A DNA stretch of 63,142 bases, filler included, from Trypethelium eluteriae (taxonomy: Eukaryota): assembly GCA_051942245.1 (NCBI GenBank). It is 2 parts of 2 records of this genome, joined end to end, with 100 filler letters (N's around TTAATTAATTAA, not from the genome) between each part and the next. Parts side by side here need not be neighbours in the genome. Positions count along the whole stretch, not along the records: positions 31,677 to 63,142 come from JAVECL010000273.1; 1 more part is not named here. One strand, 5' to 3'. Position numbers and translations under genes: made by a program. The notes beneath the pieces are model-generated. The model worked only from the letters and a program-made list of their open reading frames with translations. It was not told the origin of the DNA and ran no database searches. Below, one piece after another: positions 37,777 to 50,722 of this stretch. Numbering within the stretch: the stretch's first letter is position 1; the number at the start of each line of letters is the position of its first letter.

Positions 37777-38389
37777 ATGAGGCCTCTTTATAGTTTCCTG
37801 GCCGTTCTGGGGTTGCTCTCGATTGGTGATGCCCTTCCAGGATCCGTATCCGACTTTCTGATGGTGACCAATATCAAACTTCGCATCCCACCTCCGGCGC
37901 AGCTCAGTTGCGCGAACACGACAATAAGCTTCACGGTCCAGGATGTCAACCCCATCGCCAACTGCTCAGCTACTTGCAGTGGTACTTGGCCCGTAGCTAG
38001 CGATCAATATCCGACTGGCCCTTATGTATGTTGAACGCCATATCATCTGTCAGCTCTTCTTGACTAAAATTGGCATAGGTCCCTTGTGATGATGCATACG
38101 CCTGGAATTTCGCCAACGCAGGCTACAATGGACCCCATAATTTCACGCTCCAAATCGAGCACATTTATGAAGACCATTCGTGAGTCACTGACCATAGGTT
38201 CACAGGTTATTTTATCTGCTCACACTGTCACATAGTCTTGGTCCTCCACCTTATGATAGCCGGTCGACTTTCGCGCACACCACCGTCAACAAGACGTCTA
38301 TACGCTGTCACAAGCAGAAAGACGGTGCCCGGAACTGCTTGCAGCCGCTCGATCTACCAATCAAGGCGCCGATTTGGATGGAATCGTGA
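37777..38389 (+). CDS. Small secreted Cys-rich protein (167 aa, 6 Cys), possibly Alt a 1/AA1-like beta fold
   Basis: Exons 37777-38025, 38079-38179 and 38236-38389 with GT-AG introns splice in frame. Signal peptide MRPLYSFLAVLGLLSIGDA, then TCSGTW..VPCDDAYAWNF..NFTLQIEH..LGPPPYD. Confidence 0.8.
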
Positions 38390-39140
38390 CTTTAGCTTGC
38401 AGGCGATGGCACCGGTGTGTCAACCATATGTTCCAGGCAGTAGAAGGATTCTGCAACGTCCAGCGCCTTCGTCTTTGGTCGCACGACCGCCTAAAGTTTC
38501 CGCGACTAATACTTGTCGGTTTCGCAAAATATCGGTGGCTTGGCGAGAAACGACTTACAGATGCCTAGCGTGAAGAAAGATGCATGGAAGGATGCTGGAT
38601 CTGATGATGTTGCGTGACACGGCTACTTGCTTCAACCTTCCAAACGCTGAATTTACTTGCATCGAAACACGATATCGATGCCTTTGTTGCTAGTGTGCTA
38701 ATACAAATCATATTGAACTATCTCAAATGGCTGCTTTTGGTATGACTGGGATCGAAGATAATGATAATTAATGTGGCAATTCGGATAATGCCTGTGCAAT
38801 TGAAGAGAGGGCAAGACGTGCCGCGCGGCCGCGCCACCAAGACGCGAACTCATGTGACTTATGTGCGCAGTTGCGGCGATTTCCGATCCCGGTCACGGTA
38901 CGTACCGAATCCCGCCGACCAATGCCGACGACATTTGAGTCACCTGTGCACAGCCAAGTCATGCCAGAATTTTCCAAGTCATCCCATCACCGGGATGAGT
39001 CGACTGACCAAGTCAACTTCTGTTGTCTATATAAGCCGCCCAAGAACAGGGCTTCTTTGCACTCAGTAGGTTCACTGCAATTTCTCTTCGTGTGCCGCTT
39101 CGTCGTCATCTTCTAGCCAAGTCCCTGCCGCCACGCTCCG

Positions 39141-39476
39141 ATGGGTCAACGTCATAACCGTAGAAGAGTCCGAAGTAGGCCTCGCCACCGTCGAAACAAT
39201 AAATACAATTCCTCATCCTCTACCTCTTCCTTCAATACCTCCACAAACCTTCCTTACCCTCTCAAGTTTTCATGTACTACAATCCCTGTCTGCGGTCCTG
39301 CTTTGCCATGGCAGTCAAGCAATCAAACACCACATTGCTCTGGACATGATACATTCTGGGCTCTGGAGCAGCGGCGCATATACGGTGGTGAACCTGGCGA
39401 TGAAGATGGCCTCTGTGCCCATATGCTCCAGGTTGTGCTTGATCTTTTCAACGGCGTTGACTACGAAGACCCTTGA
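39141..39476 (+). CDS. Small hypothetical protein with Arg-rich N-terminus and acidic C-terminus
   Basis: 111-aa ORF MGQRHNRRRVRSRPRHRR...IYGGEPGDEDGLCAHMLQVVLDLFNGVDYEDP. A TATAA lies upstream at ~39029. Confidence 0.55.
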   Translation: MGQRHNRRRVRSRPRHRRNNKYNSSSSTSSFNTSTNLPYPLKFSCTTIPVCGPALPWQSSNQTPHCSGHDTFWALEQRRIYGGEPGDEDGLCAHMLQVVLDLFNGVDYEDP

Positions 39477-40080
39477 GTACGACATCGAATCATGGTTGGC
39501 GTTTGGTGCTAGAGGCATGGGACTGTAGGAATAAGATTGTACTTGCAAGAGACTTGCATTCAACACGGCTTTTTGGGATCCAAATTATACGCATACGGCA
39601 ACGGTGTCTCCGGCCTATCTCCACTTTATACCCATTTGCTTGAAGGTTATTGCATCGGATGGCGTTTTTCTCGGATGGCGTTTCCGCAACTTTATCATAT
39701 GCTCGGGCGTTTCCACACCACAATCACTCATACAAAAACAGCGCTGCTGTGCTGAAGAAAAGACCACTCCGTCTACTTTCTCTGTCTTTCTTCTAGCTGT
39801 CAAATTTTATCAAATATCTCCTTGATACGCAGGATGCTATATCAATGGCTCAACTCAACACTCGACTTCCTCATCACCTAACCCACTCAAAGGCACGTGC
39901 CATCAGAGCCGGACTCGCAGCAGATCCCTCCCTCTTTATCTCTTACTCGGCGCAGTAGGAGAAACGAAAGGCCGTGGATTGGTCCATTACCGCTCGGTAC
40001 GTCTCAAGGACTTTGAGTACAACTTGGTCGCGAAGGAAACAGGCTTTGTAAGAAAGAAAAGGAAGGGAAGAAAAAAACAT

Positions 40081-40350
40081 TGGTAGTCGTGCGATTTGAA
40101 CTCGCGGGCTTTTACTTGACCTCAGCTTGAGCGTTCGCTGGGCCTAAGGAAAGGACAAGCTTGAGATCATCGTGAGAAAGGCCGAAAATGGATGAGCAAG
40201 ACAGGTTGCTGGGTTGAGCGATTTGAACTCGTGGGCTCTTTCTCGACCTTACCTTGACTCGAGCGTTTGCTGAGTCCGAGAAGGGGCAAGCTTGAGATCA
40301 TCGTGAGAAAAATGAGAGCGTTTAAGAAGGACAGGTTGGCAGGTTGGAAG
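40081..40350 (-). repeat. Tandem duplication (~127-bp period) with tRNA-like 3' half
   Basis: gcgatttgaactcg occurs at 40091 and 40218, and caagcttgagatcatcgtgagaaa occurs in both units. The minus strand of unit 1 ends GAGTTCAAATC..GACTACCA followed by a T7 run. Confidence 0.6.
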
Positions 40351-40737
40351 ATATGGAACTTGAGTCAGGTTAAAAGGTCGAAGACGCATCCCGTACTATT
40401 AGAGATTTGAAGTGCATTTCTTTTGTCCGAAACTCAGAGCACAGATTTCTATTGGGTGTACGGTGAAATGTCATGTTGCTCAGAAGAGCATTTAGAACAA
40501 GTGCATTCATGTGTGCGAAAAGATGAGGCTGTACAACCACCCATGCTCCAAACCGTTGCTCCAGACCCAAGCCCTTTGTATGCGATCCGATCCATGTCGC
40601 GCGCCAGCCCAAATTAAGCCACCAAGTACCACAGTCGTCCACACAAGCCAACTCATTATCCATTCACAACATACATATTGACTCAGCGTTTTCCTGATAC
40701 AGCTTCAACACTGCACACTGACTCACGCACCGGCCTA

Positions 40738-43700
40738 TCACTGCCTCGTAGCCGCAATCGCAGCTCCCAGTCCCAGCACCCTCTTACCTTCCTTCCTCCC
40801 TTCCTTAAAGCTTTCCGTCATCTCGTCCCGCCATCCCCTGAATACGGCCTTTAGGTCACGTGGGAAGAAACCAGGCATCAACACGTTACCGACAGGCACG
40901 AACGGACGGTCCTCAAGCGAGGCGGCAAGGATGGAGTAATCCTGAGCAAAGAGCAGTGCAGTAGGTAGGAGGGCGGGGTGCTTATTGGAATGGGGGCCGA
41001 GGATGCTGTATGACCGTCAGTATGCATCTACAAGCAGGGATCGACGCATCAGCTGAGATCGAGAAATGTAGAACTCACACATAGACCTCGAAAAAGGCGT
41101 CCAGCACCCACACTGCCTCCTTCGCTTCCACAAGATCCCGCTGACAAAACGGCACCATCTCCGTAATCTTTGGCTTTCCCTCCCCACCCACCTTAGGCGT
41201 ACCGGGGCGCTGCTTCGCCGGACTTGTCGACCGCTTAGGAGATCCCGCACCACTCTCATCCCCCTCTTCATCCTGCTGCTGACTAGGTCTCCTCCCAACC
41301 AGACTGCTCGACCAGCTACCCATCCAGCTTCCCACTCTCCCTGCAGCCCCACCAGCCCCACTCGAACTACTACTCCCCGGCCGCCCCGTCCGCTCCGCAC
41401 CACCTTCCTCCACCCGAAACAACCTCACCGCATACCTCTCCTCACACCTCGCCTTGTGCCGCCAATGCTCCGCACTCCTCGCCACATTCTTAACCGAATC
41501 GCCCGCAGCAAAGAAAACCTGATGCAACTCGCGCGGCTCCTTCCCCTCCTCCACATCCAGCATGTCGCCCCCACTCGCCCCCGGCACCTCCATCGCCGTC
41601 AACTTCGCCGTGCTGTACTCCTCCAACCCGCTGCCTGCCCCCTTCCACAGGAACGTACGCTTCTGCGCTGGTGACAGGATCACGTACGGAAAGCCCGAGC
41701 AGAACGACCCCCGCGATAGCGCCACCTCGTCCAGCACAATCTGGCTGAGGTGGCGCCGCGCGCACAGCATGTATGCCCCCGTGGAGGAGCTGCCGCGGGA
41801 GGCGAAAGGGTCGGCGCGCGTGCCGCGGCGTGCAATGAGGATGCCGCCGAGGGCGAGGAGTAGCTCGCTTGGCTCGCGGTTTTGTCGGACTTGGTGGAGT
41901 TTACTGTTCGCGTCTTTGGCGTGGCGGCGGGCGAAGACGAGGGAGTCTGACGCCGCGGCTTCGGGGACGTCGTCGCCGACCCAGAGGTATGTGTCGGTAG
42001 TGGTGCTGGTGCTGGTGCTACTTTTGGTGCCTTTGTCTTCATCGGTGTAGGCGTGCGTGCAGAGGTAGAGTTCGGCTGTGTAGAGGATGTGTTGTTCGTT
42101 TGCGGGGAGTGGCGCGAGAGAGCCGGTGGCGGGATCGAGGGAGTGGATGGAGGTATGGGTGGTGCGGAGTTTGCGGGGGGCGGGCCGAGAGGAGAGGATG
42201 GAGGCGGTATCGATATCTATGGGAGTGGAGCGAGTAGGGCAAGTGCCGTAGAAGGATTTAAAGGTTTCGGTAGCTGCGGTGGTATCGGGAATAGGAGATG
42301 GTGGGGGAATGTTGGTGCTGGATTGGCGGGAGGCAGAAGGAGTTACAGACGTGGATGCCGAAGTTGAGGGTTTGGGTGGCGTTGCCGGCGTCTGTACAGA
42401 GGGCTTGGATAGATCGGTGGAGGCAGGAGGAGACATGGGATATTTGTTCCTGGGCGCAGGCACAGAGTCTTCGCTGGACTTGGTGACGGATGCTGATGGA
42501 GATGGGGGTACACCGCCCAGACCCAAGCCAATCGGTTGTTTGATGGGCGAAGAGTCACGAATGAGACCAGCCTCGCGCATGGCATTTTGCTCATCGTTTC
42601 TACTTGGAAGCTTAATGGGTGACCGCGCTCGTGTCTTCGTAGGAGACGTAGCTGAATCTTGACGATTCCACTTCGATGCAAAATCTTTCACTGAAGATGG
42701 CGTCTTTGACCTGTCTGCTTCTGCTGACGAGTTCTCAGGCGGTTTCGATGGCTCCAGAGGTTTGACGGGCGAGAGCGACCTGAGCGGTTCTAGTTTGAGA
42801 GGATCGGTCACTTGCTGGGTGGAGGGCCTAGAGTTAGAGAATTTCTCCCGCTTGGAGTTCGCATTGTCATTAGTAGGTCCAATGTCACTCATGGACGGCT
42901 TCGCACCCTCTGGCTTTTCTCCACGTGCTTTGGCCGCAACGAGCTCCGCAAGAGGAGACTTCTTTGATGTAGCTGGTTTCGCAGGCGTTGAGTTTTGTAA
43001 TGAGTTTACCATCGAATTAGCATCAGCCACCGACACCATTTTTGACGAGGACTCGAAATCCGCATTTTTTGGAGAGCTTGGCAAGACATCTCTCGGTTTG
43101 ACCAGCTGAGCCGTAGGAACCGCTGATGAGACCCTCGTTGTGGGTGGAGATTTTGGGGAAGGCGAGCTTGGTACAACCTCCTTGTCTTTCACAAGCTGCG
43201 CAGTTGGCACGATGGTAGACGTCTTATCCTCACCGTCCTCAGGCATAGACTTTGGCGCTCGTCTTTTTGGCCCCCGTGCTCTACCTTTTGTCATGTGAGT
43301 CAAGGGCGTAGAAGAGCTGGACTCGATTGGCTCGTCGCTGGTTGACGGTTTGGCAGCGGACGGAGGGTCAGACGAAGTCATTTTAGCAGGGGCAGCTCCA
43401 TTCGATATTGGTGATGGGCCTCGAGCAAGAACATTCGCGAGTCCCGGGTTGAATCGGGCAGCGAGCTTGCTTGTTCCACCAGCAAGTCGACCAGTCGCCT
43501 CAGGGGCCGGTGGCGGGAACATGGTCTTATCAGTCGGCTCCAACTCTGTACCAAGACCAGATTCTGTTTCTACAGGCGGGCTTTTTGCTTTGGATGGACT
43601 TGGGGTGGCAGGGGAGCCTGGAAGCGTGCCCACGGAACTCCCGGATCTAGAGAGTTTGTTTCGCCTCTGGAGGGCTTCAGGAATTTCCGCAGCGGGCTTT

Positions 43701-46047
43701 CCCGAGACGCTGTTCTTTCTACCACTCACAGCTTCTTCGGAGGCCTTCTGCCTCATGACCTCCTTTTGCTTTAATAAATCTTCCTTCAACTCATCTCGTC
43801 GCTCTCTCCTCTGCGGTCCCCCGGTCAATGTCAGGCCAGCTTTCCCGCGAAGAATATTACTCTTCAGCTCGTCAGGCGCGACATAGTTCTTGGTTTCCGC
43901 TTTTCGAAGCTTCCCGAAGACATTCTTAAATTCAGGTTCTTCCTTCTGTGATGATTCTGCAGAGAGTTGACGTGATTTGAGCGTGGACCGGAAATCTTTC
44001 TTTGGTGGTGTATCAGGCTTCGACTTGGTTGTAGGTTGGGCGGTCGGGCTTGTTAAGGATGGCTTTACAAAGCCCGGAGAATCCCCTGGTTTGGGCTTTG
44101 TCGGCGGAGGCACTGGCTTTTCATTGCTTGCGATGGGCTTCGAGTCAGGCCTACTAAGTACTGGTTCAGATAATACATCAGGAGTACGTGCCAAAGTTTC
44201 CTCCTTCGATTGTGGTGATTCAGCTGGTGTTCCTCCAATAGCTGATTTAGAAGGGTTATCTGCTTCAGCTTTGACAGAAACTACTGGCTCAGAGGAGGCT
44301 TGTTGCCATTTTGTTGGACTTCCGGGGCGTGAATTGAGTAGAGCATCAAAGGATGCAATGTCTTTATCAGATACTTTCTTCTCTTCCAAATTGGCACTAG
44401 CCCTCTGCTGTTTCGCTTTGGACAATTCTGCCATCCAACTCGGTTGTTGAGAGGTCGCAGCTTTTGGCTTGGGCGACTCTGGTTTATTCAGTGCACTCTC
44501 TAACCAGGTAGATTTTGTTGGACTGTATCGTTTGGTCGGACTCAGTGGGGGAGAGGTAATTGGATCTGCAGCACCAGCTTCCGAGATGGACTTTCCTCGT
44601 GAATGAATTGGGAGTGAAGGCTTTACAAAGCCGTCATTGTCTCGATTCGAAGCCTCACCTCTAAGAGTGAGGTCACTAACATTGCTGTGACTTGATGTCG
44701 GCCGTGATCCCGGTTCGAGTGAGTTCCCGCGGCTTAAGCTGGTTGGCCTTCCTTCTATCGGCGGGAGGTTGGTAGATCCAGCCAATGCACTTCCTCCATA
44801 GCCACTGCGATTGCTGGCGGTGGAATTTTGCCGACTCAGTCCCTCATTTCCAGGTTGTGCACTCCATCTTTTGTTGACACTGTCTGAGCGTTTCATCATG
44901 GCGCTCTGTACGAACCCGCCCATGCCCTTCGTAGGCGATGCTGGTCGCTCAGCGGCGATCCGGCCCTGCGTTGGCGACATAGCAGAGGATCGGATCTCAA
45001 CATTCTCCTCATCCTCAACAGAATTTCCACCATCTCCCCGTGGTGGCTCGAATTTCTGCGTCTTGGTTATGGGCATTACGTTCTTGCCCTCCAGAGAACT
45101 ATCTACTAATGGAGAAGTTTGGCTTGAGTCTCTGTTGCTCCAAGAACCTCCTCTCACTGAACCAGTTCTCGAAGGAGAGTTGGAGCGAAGGCTGCTTAGG
45201 GGTGACGCCATATCCTTTTCCGGCTCCGCTGTAGATTCTCTTGACATCCCTGGCAAGCCACGACGACCAGAAACAAAGCCGTCATCCGACGTGCTATCTT
45301 CTTGGCTCCGTCTGTATGCCGCCGAGCCAATACCTCTATCGGCTGTCTGTCTGAACCATGATGGATCCTTCGAGCCCAGTGATTGAGCAATTGTGGATCT
45401 TGATGGCTCCTGCTCCTGCTCCTTGTCCTGTACGTCATCTGACAATTTTGATGGCGATCGCAACGACGGTGTGCTTCGCCCAAAGCCAGACAATGGCCGA
45501 TTACGTTCCCCGCTGTTTGGACGACGGTTCCAAGTCAAAGTTCCAGAACGACCTAATGAGGCTGCGCTGCCTGTTTGTGATTGAGATGTGTCTGAGGTGG
45601 GGCTAGCCATGGCTGGTGATCGTGGAAACGGGGATTTGCGTGCTGTCTCGTCCGGGGTCGTACCGTTGGTGGAGGATGGTTCATTGGCTTCATGCGTAGT
45701 AGCATCTTCCACGTCATTCATCTTTGTTGGGGACCGTGGTGAGCGCGGAAAAGTTGCGGGAGGAGGTGTGCCGGCTGGGGAGCGGGGTGTTTGTGGAGAT
45801 GGTCTCTTCTGAGGGGAGATGGACCTGGCGCGTTCTACGGTGTTTTACGTGTTAGTGTCTTGAGGGTCATGTCCAAGCCGCATCTCGCGTGGGGAAACAA
45901 CAAACCGGCCCTTCGCGCTTCCCGTTCGCTTTTATCTTGAAGTATCTGCGCTTCCAGCTGGCGGACTCGCTCCTCGTCCTCCCGTTCACGCTTTTCGCCC
46001 AATTCGCGGATGTTTTGCAGGAACTCGGACGGCTCCAGGTCAGCCAT
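40738..46047 (-). CDS. Large Ser/Pro-rich protein with DUF4045-type region and C-terminal gelsolin/villin-like repeats
   Basis: Exon 1 MADLEPSEFLQNIRELGEKREREDEER.., intron 45905-45835, then the 1548-aa ORF (PASPTKGMGGFVQSAMMKRSDSVNKRW; YLWVG; FLWKGAGS; WVLDAFFEVY). The final exon reads ..FAQDYSILAASLEDRPFVP.. to TGA at 40738-40740. Confidence 0.85.
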
Positions 46048-46459
46048 GCTGTGAGATCGCGCAGACCCTGCGCGGCGCTGCGTAATGGGCCAAAGCAAGA
46101 TCCTGGAGCGTCAGGCAGGGTTGGGCACAGCTTTTGGTCTGTCTTAGGGCCCTGATGCCACTCTGGGGCCACGCCTGAATAGGGGAGGAATCAATTCTAT
46201 CAGCGACCAGCGCGCAATGGTGTCTCGCATCGACAAAAGAATACAATCTACCGCGCAGGCTGTGATCACATTCGCACGGATACAGTACAAGACTTTTAGA
46301 CAACGTTCAATACGGATATTCGGTACACTATGCAGGTCCGCAGATCCGCAGCAGGTCTGTGTTGAGGTCACGCTAGCAATCCAAAGGATCCGCCTGAAAC
46401 GCGTTTCAAACTCAACCCAAAGGAAAACTATCGCCTGCTGCACGTCTGTTCACACCCCT

Positions 46460-47285
46460 TTAGTAGAGAAATAGTCGTTCTTTGGCATCTTGAAGCACCC
46501 AATCGAGCCCTTCCGCCAACCCTTGTCCTGTCATAGCCGAGCATGCAATGATCTTCCATCGATGCGTCTTGATCTCGTCCAGTGAAAGCCCCTTGCATGG
46601 CCGGTCAGCAGCGCGACTAAAACGAGAGGGGTAAGGCGGAGTTTGCATGCGACACCTACCTCTCGAACCTCATTCGCGTCCATTGCGCTAGTCACGTCGC
46701 TCTTATTTTTAAAGACGAGAAGGCTGGCTCCCATCAGACGCTGCATGGGATTAGCGACACCTCCTGGCATATCATGGAGATAGGACCACCGCTCACTTCT
46801 TCCATCAACAACCCCTTGAGTTCCGTCGAGCAATCCTCCAACCTATCACGGTCTGTCGAGTCAACAACCCATATCAGAGTGTCAGTCTTTTCAAAGTAGT
46901 TTTTCCAATAAGTTCGCAACGTCTTCTGGCCTCCTACGTCCCCTTCAAGGCTGTCAGATCGCTCTTGCAGTGATATCGCCATTGGCGCCATGTTCTTACA
47001 GATGTTGAGCTTGTATCTTGGTGCCATTAACATAGGTGGAGCGAAGCTCATTCTTCTTAACTGACTTACCCTTCATGATCGATAGTCTTAATGATAAAGC
47101 CTAGGGTTGGGCTGACTTCATAAATATCCTCGTTCATCATCCTCTTCACGATAGTAGTCTTGCCTGCATTGTCAAGGCCACTGCCTGAATTTAGCCCGAG
47201 ACACCTAGAGACTTCAATATGCTTACAGCATCAGGATGCGCATCTCCTTATCCTTGAGACGCGCCTTACGGAGGACAGACAACAT
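46460..47285 (-). CDS. ARL2: ADP-ribosylation factor-like GTPase 2 (Alp41/Cin4 orthologue), multi-exon
   Basis: [35 protein letters not shown]..|[31 protein letters not shown]..|[19 protein letters not shown]. Confidence 0.95.
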
Positions 47286-47757
47286 GGTCTGGATTTGACA
47301 AGTGAACTCACACTAGCAGTGGATACGATGTAAAGGAAACGAAGACGGGCCGTATCCTGCTCAATATTGAAGAATTCGGATGACCAGCCTGGATGTGCCA
47401 GCGCGAAAATCGTAAGTGTCACTCTTGCACAAGCATCTCGTACTTGGGTGGAATTGTTGTAAAGAAGAAAGACGAGAGTTGCCATGACATGTATCAAACA
47501 CATCACGTGATGTCTTCTACGAGGTGAGTTGCAGATGAATTGCCTCAGACAAGAGTTGTCAAAATGAAATGCCGAGTGCAACTTTCTTGAAGGACTTTGG
47601 AGGTTAGATCGCAAAGTTCTTGCCGTTTTGTGAATACAAAATGTATGAGGCGGCAAGCTTCCAAGTACCTTACCAGGTACTGTTACCCGAGGCAGACACG
47701 TCAATTCCAACACACAGTCATCCGCTTCAATTCACGACACACTGAGTGATAGCGACG

Positions 47758-50722
47758 ATGGCCGACATTTATTCCCGCTCTTCTTCGCAGACTTCACCAG
47801 GATTACCCTCGAGTCATAAACTTGATCCTGTCAACTTCCTGTCTCCAGGTCCATCACCTTGCCAACCACTTCAGCAATGCTCACCCGCGTTTGAGCAATC
47901 CATTTCAAAGCCTTCAGAGCAGCAGTGGAAGCAGAAGCAGAGACGTCAGACAGCTTGCGCATATTCTGTGCCTTCTAGTGACGTCGCTCCTGGACCTACG
48001 CACTCACTTCAACCCTCCTGCATTCCTATTGACAACAATCACTCCACCAAAACAATACATTCACAAGACGATCTCGAGACCAAAGTTCGCAATCTTCTTG
48101 TTTCCTCAATGAATTCGTCTCCATTAAAAACTAGGGATCCCCCAAATCCCGAGCCAGGAGAAGCCATGGGAACCAAGCCCGCTGAGCAACCCTATGTGCC
48201 TCCACACATGCGAGGCCGACAATCTACCCAGACACCGCCTTCGACTGAGGACATACCACCTCATATGAGAAAACGAAACGTCCAAGAGACATCTGCGCTT
48301 AGAGATGTACCGCCTCACATGAAGAAGCGACAAATCACTCAGCCAGCACCTGCGACGCAAGACACACCTTCGACGCAAGACGTACCTTCGACGCAAGACG
48401 CACCTTCGAAAGAAGACGCACCTTCGAAGGAAGACGGATCATCGAAGGAAGAAGCATCGCCTCACATGAGGAATCGACAAGCCACTCGGTCCACAACTTC
48501 GACCAAACATATGCCTCCTCACATGCAAGGTCATGCACAGAATAGTGGTGAAGGGGCCGAGTCTACAAGAGATACTCTTGAGAGCCGAAGGTCCCCTTTC
48601 ACGTCAACGTCGGACCGAAATGTTCTCGAAACGAATCTTGGTCTATCTTCAAACAGTGCTTTTCCTAGTAGCCCTGCTAATGATTGGGATCTGGCTCTGC
48701 CTTACCCGACCAAAAAGTCATACCCTGTGGTTAAGATTCCAGAGTTTCAACTACCTCGTGACATTAAAGTCTCGAATGGAAATCTAGTTCGTGAAGTATC
48801 GCAGCAAAATCCAACCCATCAGCAACAGGAAGGCCTGAGGGGCGATATTATCAGTTCCATAAAACAGTAAGCACCATTTCGGCTCAGGTTCTGCTACCCG
48901 TACTCATCCCACCACAGGTCTATCGAAAGATCCCTGTCCAAAGACGACCATAGCCCCTTGTCGCAAAAAGAGAGCAGTAGTAATGACCCACAGTCTCCAA
49001 ATGCCCAAGTTTACCCACTCATGAAAAACTCCCCTCCAGGACCGGCGCAACCGGTAGTAAAGCTTCCCAAGCGCTTATCTATAGCCACACAACACTCTCC
49101 TGCTCCGATGGAGAAGATTTCTGAAGAGCCCAAGCAACCTCCACGTGAACCTCGGGCAATGCGTGCCCCACCGAAGAAAAAGGAGTCACCTTGGGTCAAG
49201 AATAGAGATCTCAAGCCTCGAGTGTCCCCACCGGACAGCAATGCTTGGGGCAGTGGTGATGAAGATGAGAATGATGATCGCGTGGCTAGTGTCATCGCCG
49301 ATAATGGGTGGGGCGACGTAAAGCGCCCAGATCAGGACTGCGGTTATCAACTTCAAGATTGGGATGGCAATTGGGCGCCTGCCCCTGTTGACTGGGAAGA
49401 TCGCGGCTGCTGGACCGACCAGGCTTGGGGTAAGCACATTCACGATTGGCTCGAAGACTCCGCATTAGTTCCGCAGGACAAGATCGACACGACGGCCGCG
49501 GGCTTTTCCACCCAGAATCCTGGCGATGTGGTACCAAAGTCTTGGGTGAGTCAAGGCACCTGTCGTATATGATGGGAGTACCTGCACACAGACCGTACTC
49601 ATTGTTGTGCAGATTCCGGAACACATTGATGGCATACCAGTTTACGCCTGGTGGACAGTTCATCTCAAGAGCCCCTTGTATGATGGTCCACCAGATGTGA
49701 AGCCATGGTGGAACATGTACCAATCCGGGAATTCTCAAGTGCTCTGGCCCGTTGAGCAGCCCATGACAAAAGCCCCGGATGAAAAGGAAGAGAACAGGGA
49801 CACATCTAAGAAGCGACACAAAGGCGCCACCAGTGAGTCTGTTTCGCAAAAGTATCAGAAGAAAATCGCCCTCAAGAAAGCGGAGTTAAATTGGGCACGA
49901 GAGCAAACTACAAAGGCAGCAGAAGAACTTCGAAGGATTGAAGAAGAAAAGAACCGTAATCCCAAGCCGTTCTATCTTCGACCCCTCCGCAGGTTCGACT
50001 TTCCTAGAATCAGAAATATTTTAAATCACCATGTCCGGCACTCTACCCATTGCTCGGAGATCGTGACATTCACGTGGGATGATTTGTGCCAGAAAATCAA
50101 CGGCATTCGTGATGCACGCCTTCCCTTCATTGTTGCCGTTGAGCGACCCCCGGGGGTAGGTCGGCGGCCATACCGTGAGTCAACCGGCGCTCCAGACGAT
50201 ACAGTTCTGGGATTTGCATGCGCCAAGGACTTTGCTGGAATGACCGGCGTCTCCCGCTACACTCACATTGTAGAGATATTCGTGGATCCAGAGTACTACC
50301 GGAAGCAAGTGGGGACAGCTTTAATGGATCAGATGGTTGTGTTACTCAGCCACCCTCACTTTAGATGTAGTCCCCAGACGGACTACGAGTTCTTCTCTGA
50401 AGGACTCCCGTATGATGAGGCGAGCCAGCGTCTCTGCTGTAACGTGGTTCTCCAAATACCATACGCGGAGCCTGAGGACGAAGACATCGAGTGGATATCG
50501 AAATGGCTTGCCAAGTGGGATTTCACACGGGTTGGGAGTTATGAGAACATTGGTTCAAAATTGGGATACAGGTCAGTGTGATAAAATCGGCAGATCGGTT
50601 CTGCCTTTTAGTTAACCTGTGATCACGACAGAATGAATCTGGCTCTATTTCAAAAGGTGACGCCTGTAGATTCTCTCCTACTAGAGCCGGCGGGTCGCCC
50701 ACTTCGTCATGTCAATGCCTGA
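47758..50722 (+). CDS. Protein with long disordered N-terminus and C-terminal GNAT N-acetyltransferase domain (multi-exon)
   Basis: ORFs 47746-48870, 48958-49572 and 49607-50581 are separated by GT-AG introns. WDGNWAPAPVDWEDR motif; GNAT LPFIVAV..VLGFA..EIFVDPEYYRKQVGTALMD; IGSKLG. Confidence 0.82.
48355..48460 (+). repeat. 18-bp coding tandem repeat (~6 units, TQDAPS/KEDAPS)
   Basis: acgcaagacacaccttcg acgcaagacgtaccttcg acgcaagacgcaccttcg aaagaagacgcaccttcg... Confidence 0.9.

Noticed and set aside
39975..40110. Permuted tRNA (D-loop-like CCGAGCGGT downstream of the T-arm on the minus strand)
   Set aside because: No complementary acceptor stem, and a T7 terminator lies between the two halves.
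41456..45812. Many plus-strand ORFs opposite the 1548-aa gene (similarly opposite GH55 and the Gln-rich gene)
   Set aside because: These are antisense shadows of GC-rich coding sequence.
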